Origin: the human T2T-CHM13v2.0 reference genome, Homo sapiens
NCBI RefSeq assembly: GCF_009914755.1
Contig: NC_060930.1
DNA length: 64,000 nt
Direction: 5' to 3' (one strand)
Positions within the stretch are counted from its first letter, which is position 1. Each line of letters opens with the position of its first letter. The notes beneath the pieces were generated by a model, which saw only the letters and a program-made list of their open reading frames with translations, did no database searches and was not told the DNA's origin. The translations under genes were made by a program, and so were the position numbers. This document shows positions 40,929 to 64,000 of this stretch, in pieces.

Positions 40929-41579
40929 ATATTAAAACTCCTGTGTAATAAATTCGCAGATATGGAAATCCTTCATTTTCCACAAAAAAACCCCATCCTG
41001 TGTAGATACCAGGTGACCTCATCACAAGAGTCAAAATGAAAGTGCTGTCAGCGTGGTGAGAGAGGTGGTGATGTCAGATCACCTGTGGAAGTGAAAGGAC
41101 CTTGGAGTTGAAAGGAATCTTCAGGATGGTCTTGCCTCTGGCTTTCAAACTTTTTCTTTTCATCATGTCAAATGTAGAGGAATTTTGTCCATCAAACTCA
41201 TATCTAGAATCCCAAAATAGAGAAGAGATATAGGATCAGTGCTCTGGCTGAGTCTTTCCCCTCCTGAGACCCCACCCCTACCCAGAGTGACCCTTCAAGG
41301 TTGCCATGGGATGTAGGATGCTGGGGAACACAGCCTGGAACCGTTCACTTGGTCCCATTTCTTCTTTTACTGAGGCCCAGAGGGGAGACGCGACCTGCCC
41401 AAGGTGACACAGGCTTGGGACCCATGCCCAGTGTCCTGCTTGCTGGTCAGGAGTGGCTGAGGAAAGCAGAGCAGGGGTGAGGTGGGAGGAAAGGGCAGGG
41501 CCGCACTGCCTTGGTTCTGGAGCCCTCGCTGATAGCCTTGGGCCTTTTTCACTTGTTTTTCTAACTTTGGGGACAAAAG

Positions 41580-41842
41580 ATTTTCTTTCTTTCTTTCTTT
41601 CCTTCCTTCCTTCCTTCCTTCTTTCCTTCCTTCCTTCCTTCTTTCCTTCCTTCCTTCCTTCCTTCCTTCTTTCCTTCCTTCCTTCCTTCCTTCCTTCCTT
41701 CCTTCCTTCCTTCCTTCCTTCTTTCCTTCCTTCCTTCCTTCTTTCTTTCCTTCCTTCCTTCTTTCCTTCCTTCTTTCCTTCCTTCCTTCCTTCTTTCCTT
41801 CCTTCCTTCCTTCCTTCCTTCTTTCTTTCTTTCCTTCTTTCG
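41580..41842. repeat. ~260-bp (CCTT/CTTT)n polypyrimidine tract
   Basis: Direct reading; source of the spurious KEGR-repeat ORFs. Confidence 0.97.
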
Positions 41843-43572
41843 CAACAAAGGCATGATAAGAAATTTTTTGGTGGGTAGAGCAGAAGAGTATATAATAGTG
41901 AAAAAAACACTTAGCTTAGGAGTTTGACACAGTGTGATGTTGGTCAGACTAGCTAACCTCTCTGAGCCTCACTCAGTTCCTTCATCTGTAAAGAGGTTGG
42001 GGCTGGCGTGGGTGAGTGGGTGGGTGCTGGATGAAGAGGGAAGGAGATGGACAGGAGGCACCTGGCGGACTTGGCCAGTGTCAGCTGCCGTCCTAGGAGA
42101 CTCTGGGCTGGGGCGGCATTACTGGTTATCCCTTTCCTGGGGAGGTTGACAATTAACCCTGGAAACAGTCTTTAAAATTTTTACTGGACACATATAATTA
42201 TGGATTGACAATCTTCCATTTTAAATTTAGAAACTACAGGCGAAAGTTAAAGATATCACAAATGAGTTTTTTATTTTTATTTTTTCATGACAAGGAAATT
42301 AGTTGTGTGCTGGGGTCTAGTATGGGGAAAGAATCTATTAAAATATATTTAAAAAGGTAAATCCAAAAATTTATAATTACAAGAGTGAATGACAAGATGA
42401 TTGTCAATAAAATTAAATAAGCAAAACAACTGCTTGCCCTTTAGAAAATGTATCCAAGCTCCAGGGATCCAAAATGTTTATGAATCTGTGGATGTCTGTG
42501 TGTGTGTATGTGCGTGTATATTTTTTTGTCGTTGTTGTTTCTCTGCCTCTCTCGCCAAACTATATGGAGCCCTGGCTAAGGATAGAGGACTGTCAGATGT
42601 GTTTTCAGGGGAATCGCTGTTTTCTTCACATCAGGGGGAAGTTCTTAGGCAGCTGAAAGCAGGGGCTCAGGTGGGCATGGGGGGGTGGGAGGGCTGAGGT
42701 TTAGGATGGGAGGGTGGGTGAGAGCTAGTAAGGGTGGGTGGGGCACTGGGGGTGGGCAGCGGGTACTTGGCTAGGGGTTCAGGACCTGTCTCAGGGCTGC
42801 TGTCCAGGGGGGTGGAGGAAGGGGTAGTGAAGGGGTCAGAGCACTCAAGATGCGCAGTGTAGGCAGGGGACAGGCTGCGGTGTGTGAAGAGGGTAGCCTG
42901 AGGTGGTGAGACTTGCTGATCACCCAGCTGGGCTGCCTTGGTCTACTCACAACTGGTCTTCCCTGTGTGTTTGGTAAACACCAAAGGAGGTAAACTCTCC
43001 AATCCTGGCCTGTGCTGATGGTGAGGCGGGAGAAGGCTTCCCTGGGTCCCAGGTCCCCAACCTGGCACAGTCATGGGTCAAGGGCTGCCTGTTCCTCACC
43101 TGCCTTCCTCACGGGGCTTCTGAGCCTAGCCTTGCTTTGGGCATTAGGAGAGTCTGCCTGGAAGGCTCTCTGGCCCCCAATGCCCTGCCCTCCAAGGCTC
43201 CCAGTCTAGGTGGGAGAGACATACAGAACAAATAGCATCGTGGGGGTGGTGGGAGGTGGTGTGAACATGTCTCCTGCAAGCTCTGGGAAGAAGCTGTGGC
43301 CACACAATGGAATGTCTCCAGCCCTGACCTCTCCTTGGAACTCAGACCTTTCTGCCTCTCTCGCCAAACTATACGGAGCACCTGGTAAGGATAGAGGACT
43401 GTCGGATGTGTTTTCAGTGGAATCACTGTTTTCTTCACATTCTTCACATCAGCCACCTCCTCCACTCCCCACCAGGATGTCAACTGAAACATGTCTCAGT
43501 CCAAATTCTTTATTCCCTGCTTCTGCAGCTATTCCCTCCCTCCCCGCAATCCTGGCACAGCGTATTGCTTAG

Positions 43573-43893
43573 GCTGGACTACGCTGTGAATGTGTCTCCC
43601 AAAATTCATGTGTTGGAAATTTAATTCCCATGCAACTGTTGGAAGGTGGGGCCTTTTGGGAGGGCCTTTTGGCAGAGCCGGCACGAATGGATTAATGTCA
43701 TTATAAGAGGACTTGATGGAAAGAGTTCATCCCTTTTGCCCTTCCACTCCCTGCCACGTGAGGACACAGTGTTCCTCCCCTCCAGAGGATGAAGCAACAG
43801 ATGCCACATTGGAAGCAGAGAACAGCCCTCACCAGGCAGTAGTGCCTTGATCTCAGGTTTTCTGGCCTCTAGAACTGTGAGAAAAGACATTTC
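43573..43893 (+). mobile_element. MaLR LTR (MST/MLT1A-like), followed by reverse Alu ~43895-44155
   Basis: GAATGTGTCTCCCAAAATTCATGTGTTGGAAA...GCCTCTAGAACTGTGAGA. Confidence 0.8.
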
Positions 43894-45541
43894 TTTTCTT
43901 TTCTTTTTCTTTTTTTTTTTTTTTAAGACAGAGTCTTACTCTGTTGCCCAGGCTGGAGTGTAGTGGCATGATCTTGGCTCACTGCAACCTCCGCCTTCCG
44001 GGTTCAAGCGATTGCCGGCTAATTTTTGTATTTTTAGTAGGGACGGGGTTTCACCATGTTGGCCAGGCTGGTCTCAAACTCTTGACCTCAAGTGATCCGC
44101 CCGCTTCAGCCTCCCAAAGTGCTAGGATTACAGGCATGAACCACCGCGCCCGGCCTCGTTTTGCTATTCTTCAACTTCGCATGTTTGGATTGCTACAGCT
44201 TGAGGTCTTTAGTGTCTGGTTTCCTTCGCTCCCTTCCACGGTTCTAAGATTGTTTTCTGCATCCTCCGTACCCCTCCCTCGGTGTCTTCCTGCTGGGAAC
44301 TGCCCTTTCTGTCGGCCACGTGGTGGCCACAAGGGGGCAGCAGAGGCTGAGGAAAATCTGGTGAGACCAGGTTGGGGGCCTTTTCCCGGGCCCACGAGTT
44401 ACTCCCCCCCGCCCACGGAGCACCTTCTGTCCGGGCGCCTCCCAGGCCGCTGCTGCTTCTTGGTTCTGCTTCCTTTTCTGAGACCCGCTGCTTTAGAGAA
44501 GATTTCTGGAGCAGAGATTTGGAGCAAGGATCTCCAAACTCTTTTGATCACACACTCCATTCAGTAATATATTTTGAACATGCAGCTAACAAACATGTGC
44601 AAACATAATGCAGGTTGAAAGAACAAACGCAAATCACATTAAAAGGGCATAAGATTAAAGATTTTATAATAGTTCTAATATGTTCTCTGCCTTCTTTCCT
44701 GTCTCTCCAGATCCCTGGAGGACCCCTAGGGCTGGTGCCCCTAATCTGGTGGCCCCCTGTTTAGAGCTCAACTGAGCTTTGATGTAGACCTGGCCCCTGT
44801 TAGGGTTTGGCCACACGACCTGTGACCCTGGGCAGGTTTCCTCAGATCATCGAGGCTCTGTCTCTCAGCTGTAAAGTGAGGACAGTAAGGACCATCTCAT
44901 GGTATTAAGCTAAAACATTCACGGAAATAAATATGTAATGCTCAGAGTAAGATGCCACCTAGTGAACAGTGGGCCTGAGTATTTGGTGGTGGTCATTAGA
45001 GAGCAGAGGCGCTGGCCTCAGGGTTCAGCCCACAGTTCTGCCTGTGGAGAGGAGACTCAGTGACAAGAGAGAAAAAAGTGTCCGGCATCCTGGGGACTGA
45101 GAATCTGCCTCTCAGGGTTGGACAGGGCAGGGCCTCTTCTGCCTCCAGCACCCCAGGCCTCTCTCCTCTGATTCTATCAGGGACGGAGGCCAAGGTTGGA
45201 GACCCCTAGGCCTTTTCACCTAACTTGGTTTTCAAATTCCTCCCACTAGGACTTGCCTGTTTCAGCCTTAACCATGGTTGGGCCTGACCTACACGGGATT
45301 GAGAGGGTCAGTAAATTCGTCCCCACCACTGACTGGGTCACCTACCTGGGCAGTACACATGCTGCTCTCGGCAACTGTTTCTTCTCCTGACACTTATGAT
45401 TTTATATACAAATTGTTGGAAGTTATGTCGTAATATAGTCCTTTTGGTAAGAGTATATATGGTCAAGGATACTGTGACTGAATTTGAAGAGTAAATAATA
45501 CAGCTCTGTATTGAGCTATATAATGACTAGGGCTCTCTTTA

Positions 45542-45934
<393 letters not shown>

Positions 45935-46097
45935 TCAAATATGTGTAATATGAAAACTGTGCAGCCAAAGGTGTGACTGGTGCTCAATATTATTTTATTG
46001 CATCTTTGTTCCAAATCCACTCCATCTTTGTCCTGCCTTGTGGTTCTGGAGCTGGACCCTATACACATTTCTTCTTTGCCATTGGGCACAACGTTAG

Positions 46098-46475
<378 letters not shown>

Positions 46476-46489
46476 TAATATGCCCTACC

Positions 46490-49980
<3,491 letters not shown>

Positions 49981-50587
49981 TGCAAGGCTACATCAAGGAT
50001 GCAGTTATATTATTGGGCCTAAGCCATAGGGTGAAAGATATGGCCCAGGTAGAGAGTGAGAGTGAAAAGAGGTCAGAACCTTGGGGACATCATCACTTAA
50101 GGAAGAGGAGCTTCCCAGGGACAATGAGGACCACTACATGGGAGGCAGGATGCTTCAAGGCACAGAATAGTTTGAATCATAAAAGGCTTCCTACCTCCAG
50201 GAAAAGGGAAGAGCAGTGTAGTTAATATTTAGATTTACTTTGCATTGCATTTAATGGAAAATAAAGGGGAAAAAAATGTATCTTGTTAGTCCTATATCAT
50301 CTGTGCTGTGGTTAGAAAGATTAAAATGATAAGTCTTTTCAAGAAGTGGGGGGATAGCCCTAATTTTGGCAGGCCATAAGACATGTAGTGTCTTCTAGAA
50401 CTAGGGGAAGAATTAAGGCCAACCAGCATCAAGAAAAATAAGCACCTTGTTTACTGGGTTTAGTATCTGAGTCGTTTTGATGCTTTAGTTGGAATAGAAA
50501 CCAAATTGAAAAGTGCAATCGATGGCGAGGAAGTAAAGAGTATGGACATGATTCCTCTGAAAAGCTTGGTTATAAAGAAAAGGTGCA

Positions 50588-50893
50588 GGCCGGGTGTGGT
50601 GGCTCACGTCTGTAATCCCAGCATTTTGGGAGGCTGAGGTGGGTGGATCAACGAGGGCAGGAGTTTGAGACCAGCCTGACCAACATGGTGAATCCCCGTC
50701 TCTACTAAAAATACAAAAAATTAGCTGGGCATGGTGGCACGTGCCTATAATTCTAGCTACTCAGTAGGCTGAGGCAGGAGAATTGCTTGATTCTGAGAGG
50801 CGGAGGTTGCGGTGAGCTTAGATCGCACCATTGCACTCCAGCCTGGGTGACAGAGCAAGACTCTGTCTCCAAAAAAAAAAAAAAAAAAAAAAA
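50588..50893 (+). mobile_element. Alu with TSD AGAAAAAGGTG-like
   Basis: Alu consensus. Confidence 0.9.
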
Positions 50894-51059
50894 GGTGAGA
50901 ATAATAGGATATTTTGAAAGTTTTTTTTTTCTTTTTTGAAGATTGGAGAGTCTTGACTGCATTCATATGTGTTTGAGGGGTAAGGTATGGGCATGGGAAA
51001 TAGGAAAGAGGTTGAAGATGAAGTATGGACTTCTGGGAGACAGGAGATGATGGAATCTA

Positions 51060-51240
51060 GAGCAGGATACTCAAAGGATGATCCGCAAATGGGTGGCACT
51101 GGCATCACCTGGAAGCTTGTTAGCAATACAAAATTGTTAGACTTCATCACAGATACAGTGAATTAGAATCTGTGGGTGTAGGGCTTTAGCAATCACCAGG
51201 TGATTTGGATACATGCTCAAGTTTGAAAATCACTTGGCTA
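51060..51240. mobile_element. MER5-like hAT-Charlie MITE (partial second copy at ~51548-51663)
   Basis: GCATCACCTGGAAGCTTGTTAG...CAGGTGATT...CATGCTCAAGTTTGAAAATCACT. Confidence 0.7.
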
Positions 51241-52884
51241 GAGCACAGGTGAAGGGAAAAACTTTGTATGGAAGCAGGAATGCTACTTCCACTGAGATAT
51301 GAGAGAAGGATGTGAGGATAGATTTCTGGGGCAATTAATAGAGTTGTGAGTAATTTAATTTTCTCTGTGTGTGTGTGTGTGTGAGAAATATTCAAAATAA
51401 TAATGTCTTTTCAAGAGGTGGGGGGGATGGCCCTAATTGCGGCAGGCCATAAGACATGTAGTGTCTTCTAGAACTAGGGAAAGAATTAAGGCCAACAGCA
51501 TCAAGAAAAATAAGAACTTTGTTTACTGGGTTTAGTACCTGAGTTATAATACAAAATTGTTAGACTTTATCCCAGATACAGTGAATTAGTATCTGTGAGA
51601 GTGGGGCTTTAGGAATGTACCAGGTGATTTTGATGCATGCTTAAGTTTGAGAATCACTTGGCTAGAGCACAGGTGAAGGGAGAAAATTTGTATGGAAAAT
51701 CTGTATGGAAGCAGGAATGCCACTTCCACTGAGATATGAGATAAGAATGTAAGGTATGATCCTCTGCTGAGAATGAGGACTAGGAAGTGGTTTAAGAATA
51801 TGCCTGAAGGTCTGCAAAAGCTGCCTTGGTCAATAGAAGGACATGCTTAAGTGAGCATGTTGGAGGCTCAGAGGAACATGGAGCTGAAGAATTGGGAGTC
51901 CAACATGCAGACTTTTTAATCTTCTGACAACTGAGAGGGCAGAGTTAATTTGATCTAGTAAGGGGATGTTTGAATTGTGGGTGCAACTGAATTGACTGAT
52001 CATGGTTTAGGCTAGAAAGTTTCAGGTAATGTAGTCGGTAAGGGAAGGAAGCTGACTGACTGGAAACAAAAGGGGGAAGTGCCTGAAGGTACTAGTGAGG
52101 TCAAAGAAGAAAGGCAGTGGGAACTCTAGAGCACTAGAGCTGCAAAGATATTGGGTTTTGGTTAGAGAGTGAGATGCTGATGTGTAAGGTTTCAGAAGGG
52201 ACCTCTTAGTCTCATTAAAATGCAAAGAAAGTATCCAGTAACAAAGGCAGAGTTCAAAACAAGGAAGAACTTGGAAGAACAGAGACAATTCAGAAGAGAC
52301 TTTAAAACACAACTATAATCAATGAGAAATAAAAGCAGGTATCACATCTATGAAAGAACAAGATACTTAAACAAGGGAAGGATTAACAAGTAAACAGCTC
52401 CTGAAAACTTAAAATATGAGAGCTCAGAATAAGTATTTAATAAAGGTTTGGGAAGGTAAAGGAGAAGAAATATCCCAGCAAGTATAACAAAAACATAAAA
52501 ACATAGGCAATAGGAAAAGCAAAGATGTGAAAATAGAGGATTGAGTTTATATCAGTTACTTCATTAAACTTTCCTATTATTTATAGTAATTTGTCTTTAG
52601 ATTAATTTGTCTTTAGATTCTATGGTGTAATCATGTCCTCTGTAAATGTTGACAGTTTTATGTCTTCCTTTCCAATCTTTTGGTTTCTTTTTCTTATCTC
52701 ATTATGCTGGTAATGACCAAAATACAATGTTGAATAAAAGTGATGATAGTAGTCTCCTTGTCTTCATAATTTTAATGAGAATGCATCCCAACTTTCTCTT
52801 TTTGGAAGATGTGTTTCAGAATAAAAAAAAATAGATACCCTTTATCAGGTTAAAGAAGTTCTCTTCTATTCCTGGTTTGTTTAT

Positions 52885-53190
<306 letters not shown>

Positions 53191-53225
53191 TTATTCCTGG
53201 TTTATTAATTGTTTTTTTCTTTAAG

Positions 53226-53557
53226 CCAGGGATGAGCAAACTACCACCCAATGGGCCAAATCCAGTCTGCAACTTGTTTTTTTTTTTGTATAGCCCATGA
53301 GCTAAGAATGATTTTTACATTTCATGTAAAATGTCACATAATATTTTGTGACATGTGAAAATTATATGAAATTCAAATTTAAGTCTCCATAAGTAAAGCT
53401 TTATTGGAACATGGCCATGTTCTTCATTCATTTATGTATTGTCTATGACTGCTTTTGTGCTATAAAGGCAGAGGTGAGTAGTTGTGATGGAGCCCATAGG
53501 GACCTACAAAGCCAAAGTAAACATTTGGCCCTTTATAGAAAAAGTTTACTGATTCTT
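53226..53557. mobile_element. MER58-like hAT-Charlie DNA transposon
   Basis: CAGGGATGAGCAAACTA...GGGCCAAATCC...TGGCCCTTTATAGAAAAAGTTT. Confidence 0.75.
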
Positions 53558-54403
53558 GTTTTAAGTCAAAAATGGTATTGGGGGAAAGTTAGGTTCATGG
53601 ATGTGCAGACCAAGAATAAGGGAAAGATCTCAGCCCTAACTCCTTCTTATACAGATTTTCAATAGGTCCATCTTTTTCAGGTTTACCCTCTTACCCTAGA
53701 CTTTCTTAGTTTTTAGCTTTCCATTTCTAGAGATTTAGGGCTCTGTCTAAACAGTGGTTTTCCTTCTGTGTAGCATTTCTTTGGATGCACAATAGGTTCC
53801 ACTTTCATCAGCTCCGCTTTTCACCAGTTTTCCAGAAAAGCATTACAGTCTGTTGCTGTTCCCTGTTCCCCTTGTCTGCCTGATTATTTATTTTCAGAGT
53901 CATTTTAGCAGTGTTTGGGGAGGGAGTTATACCTTTTATTCCTCAGGTATCACCACTCTTCTCTTCCTACCGCGAAACAGCACAGTGAAAGGGAGGAGAT
54001 GGAGTGAAGAGACCGAGGGCAGGGAGAGGGAGGGGGGTGTGACGGGGTGGGGAAGTGAGGAGGAAGAGGGGGAAGAGCTACTGGGGAGGAGGAAGATGGG
54101 GGAGGAAGAGGATGATGGGGTGGGGTGGTTCAGGGAGTGAATAGGCCGGGTTGGGTGAGATGAGGCTGGGTGTATGTGCTTGAGGAGTCCGGGAGTGCGG
54201 AGGGGCAGAAAGGTAGACAGTGCGTGCGGGAAGAGGGGATGGGGGTGGGGAGGCGAGGGCGGTCAGTGGGTTGAGAGGAGTGGGGAGAAGATTTAGGGCG
54301 AGAGAGGTGCCATCGTGCTGGGGAAGGCGGGACTAGGAGAGGTAAAAGAATGGGGAGAGAAATGGGAGGGAGAGAAGGAAGCTGAGGGAGATTTGAGGAG
54401 AGA

Positions 54404-54530
54404 AGGCGCTTGAGGGGGAACCAGGAGGGGAGAAGGCTTGTGAGGGGGAAATGTGAGAGGAGAAGGGGCGCGAGGGGGAACCGCGAGGGGAGAAGGGGCG
54501 CGAGGGGGAAAAGCGAGGGGAGAAGGGGTC
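54404..54530. repeat. 30-bp G/A-rich minisatellite, ~4 copies
   Basis: GAGGGGGAACCGCGAGGGGAGAAGGGGCGC-like units at 30-bp period. Confidence 0.85.
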
Positions 54531-54637
54531 CCGCCTCCTGGCCGCGCCGCCCTAGGTGTCGCCGCCTGGCGGTTACGAGGAGGCCGCCTCCTGCTTGCCG
54601 GCCTGGCGGTCCTACTCAACACCGCAAGATTTCAAAA

Positions 54638-54662
54638 GGGAAATTCCTCCAGGGCTGAGTCA
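54638..54662 (+). promoter_or_regulatory. NF-kB site GGGAAATTCC (54638-54647) and AP-1 site TGAGTCA (54656-54662)
   Basis: Exact consensus matches 8 bp apart. Confidence 0.6.
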
Positions 54663-54859
54663 CAGGGAAGAAAGCGATTTCCTCCGCCTCTTCCAAAGCG
54701 GTAGGTTTCCTTCCTCCGCCTGCCTCTTAAATAACGTGGTATCTCGCAGTTTGGCTGAAACCTGAACTAAATGCAATGCTTTTTTGACTTTTACTTTCTC
54801 CCAGAACAACAGTTGTGATATGATCTGTTTTGGGGCCCTTCCTGCGCTCCGCCCTGGGC

Positions 54860-55272
54860 CAGAGTATGTAAAGCTCGTGGGTCTCTGTGTGTGTCTGAGC
54901 AGCTGCTCTGCCAAGACTCCACACAGCTGTGTGTGTGTCGGACCCAAGGCCTTGGTGGCATGGGCTCATGAGGGAATCTCCTGATCCACCAGTCGCAAAG
55001 ATCCATGGGAGAAGCATGGTTTCCTGAGGTCGCACCATCCCTCACTTCTTCCCTTGGCTGGGAGTGGGGGTTCCTTTGGCTCTGTGTCGCTCCCAGGGGG
55101 GCTGTCGCCCCATCCAGCTTTTCTTTGTTCTCTGTGGGTCGAGTTGTTTTCCTGATGAGTCCCAATGCAAGTACCTGGATATTTCAGTTGAAGATGCTGT
55201 ATTCACTTGCCTCTTTTGTTCCTCTCTGTGAGTGCTGTGGACCATAGCTGTTTCTAATCAGCCATCTTGGCC
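54860..55272 (-). mobile_element. Isolated L1 5'UTR fragment (older L1PA/L1PB type)
   Basis: Ends in CAGCCATCTTGG (reverse complement of YY1 motif CAAGATGGC); resembles 62690-63040. Confidence 0.75.
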
Positions 55273-56003
55273 TGGCAATCTACAGTAGTAAATGTTAACA
55301 TTGGATAGTGTGATTCTTCCTACTTTACTATTCTTTTTAAATATTGTTTTAGCAATTTTTGTTCTTTTGACTTTACATATAGATTTTAGGACCAGTTTGT
55401 CTATATCTACAAAAGGAAGCTTTTGATAGGAAATGTGTTAAACCTATAGACCGATTTGAAGAGAATTGACATCTTTGTTGTCTTCCAGTTAAATGACACT
55501 GCATGTCTCTCCGTTTGTTTAGATCTATTTTTATTTTTTCATCAGCATTTTGTAGTTTTCAGCCTGCTGATTCTGTACATATTTTGTTAGATTTATACTT
55601 AAATATTTAATTTTCTTTGGAGTGGTTGTAAATAGTACTGTGCTTCAGTTTTGGCTTCCTACTTTTTATTGCTAGCATAGAGGAATACAATTGATTACTA
55701 TTCTGTAACATTGCTAAAAATGTGTTTGAAGTTTCCTCGGAGTATTATCTCTGGATATAAGCTTCTGGGCTGATAGGTCTTATTTTTTAGCAGTTGAAAA
55801 ATGTTGTGCTACTTTCTTCCTGTTTTGGGTTTTTTGGTGAGAAATCCACTGTAATTCTAATTGTTGTTCTCCTATAAATAATGCTTTTTCTTTCAGAATG
55901 TTTTCAAGATTTTTTTAAGTTTTCAGAAATTTGATTATGATGTATCTGAGCATAGATTTCTTTGAGTTTATTATATTAGAAGTTGCTTTAGCTTTTTGAA
56001 TTA

Positions 56004-56333
<330 letters not shown>

Positions 56334-56389
56334 TTAGAGACTTTGTTATTGTCCCACAGATACTTGTTGCTCTGTTCGTTTTTTCTTTT

Positions 56390-63045
<6,656 letters not shown>

Positions 63046-63261
63046 CCTGTTCATTTTTAATTTTTTCTTTCAGTGTATTTTCCTCTCAGTTCAGGCTGGA
63101 AAATTTCAATTGCTCTATCTTTGAGTTCACTGATTGTTTCTTTTGTCATATTCATTCTGTTATTGAATCCATCCAGTGAGTTTTCATTTTGGTTATTTTA
63201 TTTTCCAGCTATAAAATTTCCATTTGCTTCTTTCTTTCTTTTTTTTTTTAGAAATGTTCAT

Positions 63262-63335
63262 CTTTTTATTTTAAGTTCCGGGGTACATATACAGGATGTG
63301 CAGGTTTGTTACATAGGTAAACATGTGCCATGGGT
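63262..63335 (-). mobile_element. Very short 5'-truncated L1PA 3' end
   Basis: TTAAGTTCCGGGGTACAT...GTTACATAGGTAAAC; TGTTCATCT on both flanks. Confidence 0.7.
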
Positions 63336-63407
63336 AGTGTTCATCTATAGCTCTATCAATGCTTCTTGTCTTTAAGTCTACCTTGTTTGAGAGCTATGTC
63401 AGCATTC

Positions 63408-64000
63408 TTTTTTTTTTTAATTATACTTTAAGTTCTAGGATATATATGCACAATGTGCAGGTTAGTTACATGTCTATACATGTGCCATGTTGGTGTGCTG
63501 CACCCATTAACTCGTCATTTAACATTAGGTATATCTCCTAATGCTATCCCTCCCCCCTCCGCCAACCCCACAACAGGCCCTGGTGTGTGATGTTCCCTTT
63601 CCTGTGTCCATGTGTTCTCATTGTTCAATTCCCATCTATGAGTGAGAACATGTGGTGTTTGGTTTTTTGTCCTTGCGATAGTTTGCTGAGAATGATGGTT
63701 TCCAGCTTCATCCATGTCCCTACAAAGGACATGAACTCATCATTTTTTATGGCTGCATAGTATTCCATGGTGTATATGTGCCACATTTTCTTAATCCAGT
63801 CTATCATTGTTGGACATTTGGGTTGGTTCCAAGTCTTTGCTATTGTGAATAGTGCCACAATAAACATACGTGTGCATGTGTCTTTATAGCAGCACGTTTT
63901 ATAATCCTTTGGGTATATACCCAGTAATGGGATGGCTGGGTCAAATGGTATTTCTAGTTCTAGATCCCTGAGGAATCGCCACACTGACTTCCACAATGGT
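63408..64000 (-). mobile_element. 3' end of a younger L1PA, continuing beyond right edge
   Basis: ORF 63625..63996 is an intact ORF2 C-terminus (WNQPKCPTMIDWIKKMWHIYTMEYY). Confidence 0.95.

Larger units (their letters stand above)
54370..54700 (+). ncRNA. TSBP1-AS1: Probable promoter and first exon of lncRNA TSBP1-AS1, divergent from NOTCH4
   Basis: The main non-Alu CpG cluster of the intergenic region; donor GCG|GTAGGT at 54700/54701; position ~31 kb upstream of NOTCH4 fits my recollection of the locus. TSS not determinable from sequence. Confidence 0.55.

Noticed and set aside
41278-41910. 210-aa KEGR-repeat ORF and its antisense
   Set aside because: Translation of the (GGAA/GAAA)n microsatellite
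43944-44567. 207-aa plus-strand ORF
   Set aside because: N-terminal third is antisense Alu translation; remainder has no recognisable homology
54293-54704. Pro/Arg-rich repeat ORFs at the CpG promoter
   Set aside because: Translations of the 30-bp minisatellite

Overview
Human MHC class III sequence (chr6p21.3). The left 23.3 kb holds the 5' part of NOTCH4 on the minus strand. Coding exons 1-23 were reconstructed with phase-consistent splice junctions: signal peptide, EGF repeats, LNR repeats and heterodimerisation domain; the TM and intracellular exons lie beyond the left edge. The allele appears non-reference: (CTG)11 in the signal peptide, plus Gly and Ala where I recall Asp272 and Thr320. 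Intron 20 is GC-AG and intron 6 is in frame and stop-free. The promoter has an AP-1/ETS composite and intron 1 has a FOX:ETS motif. The remaining ~40 kb is repeat-dense (many Alus including a human-specific AluYb8, L1, L2/MIR, MaLR LTR, ERV-like, MER58, MER5). It contains a GC/CpG-rich plus-strand promoter at ~54.4-54.7 kb, probably the lncRNA TSBP1-AS1, and a near full-length inactivated L1PA at 56.4-63.0 kb. The unexplained signals are three local templated insertions/duplications, a speculative decayed butyrophilin-like IgV exon at 26.6-27.0 kb, and a chain of minus-strand splice signals at 42.3-43.2 kb. No confident novel protein-coding system was found. Repeat coordinates are approximate and subfamilies were called by eye.
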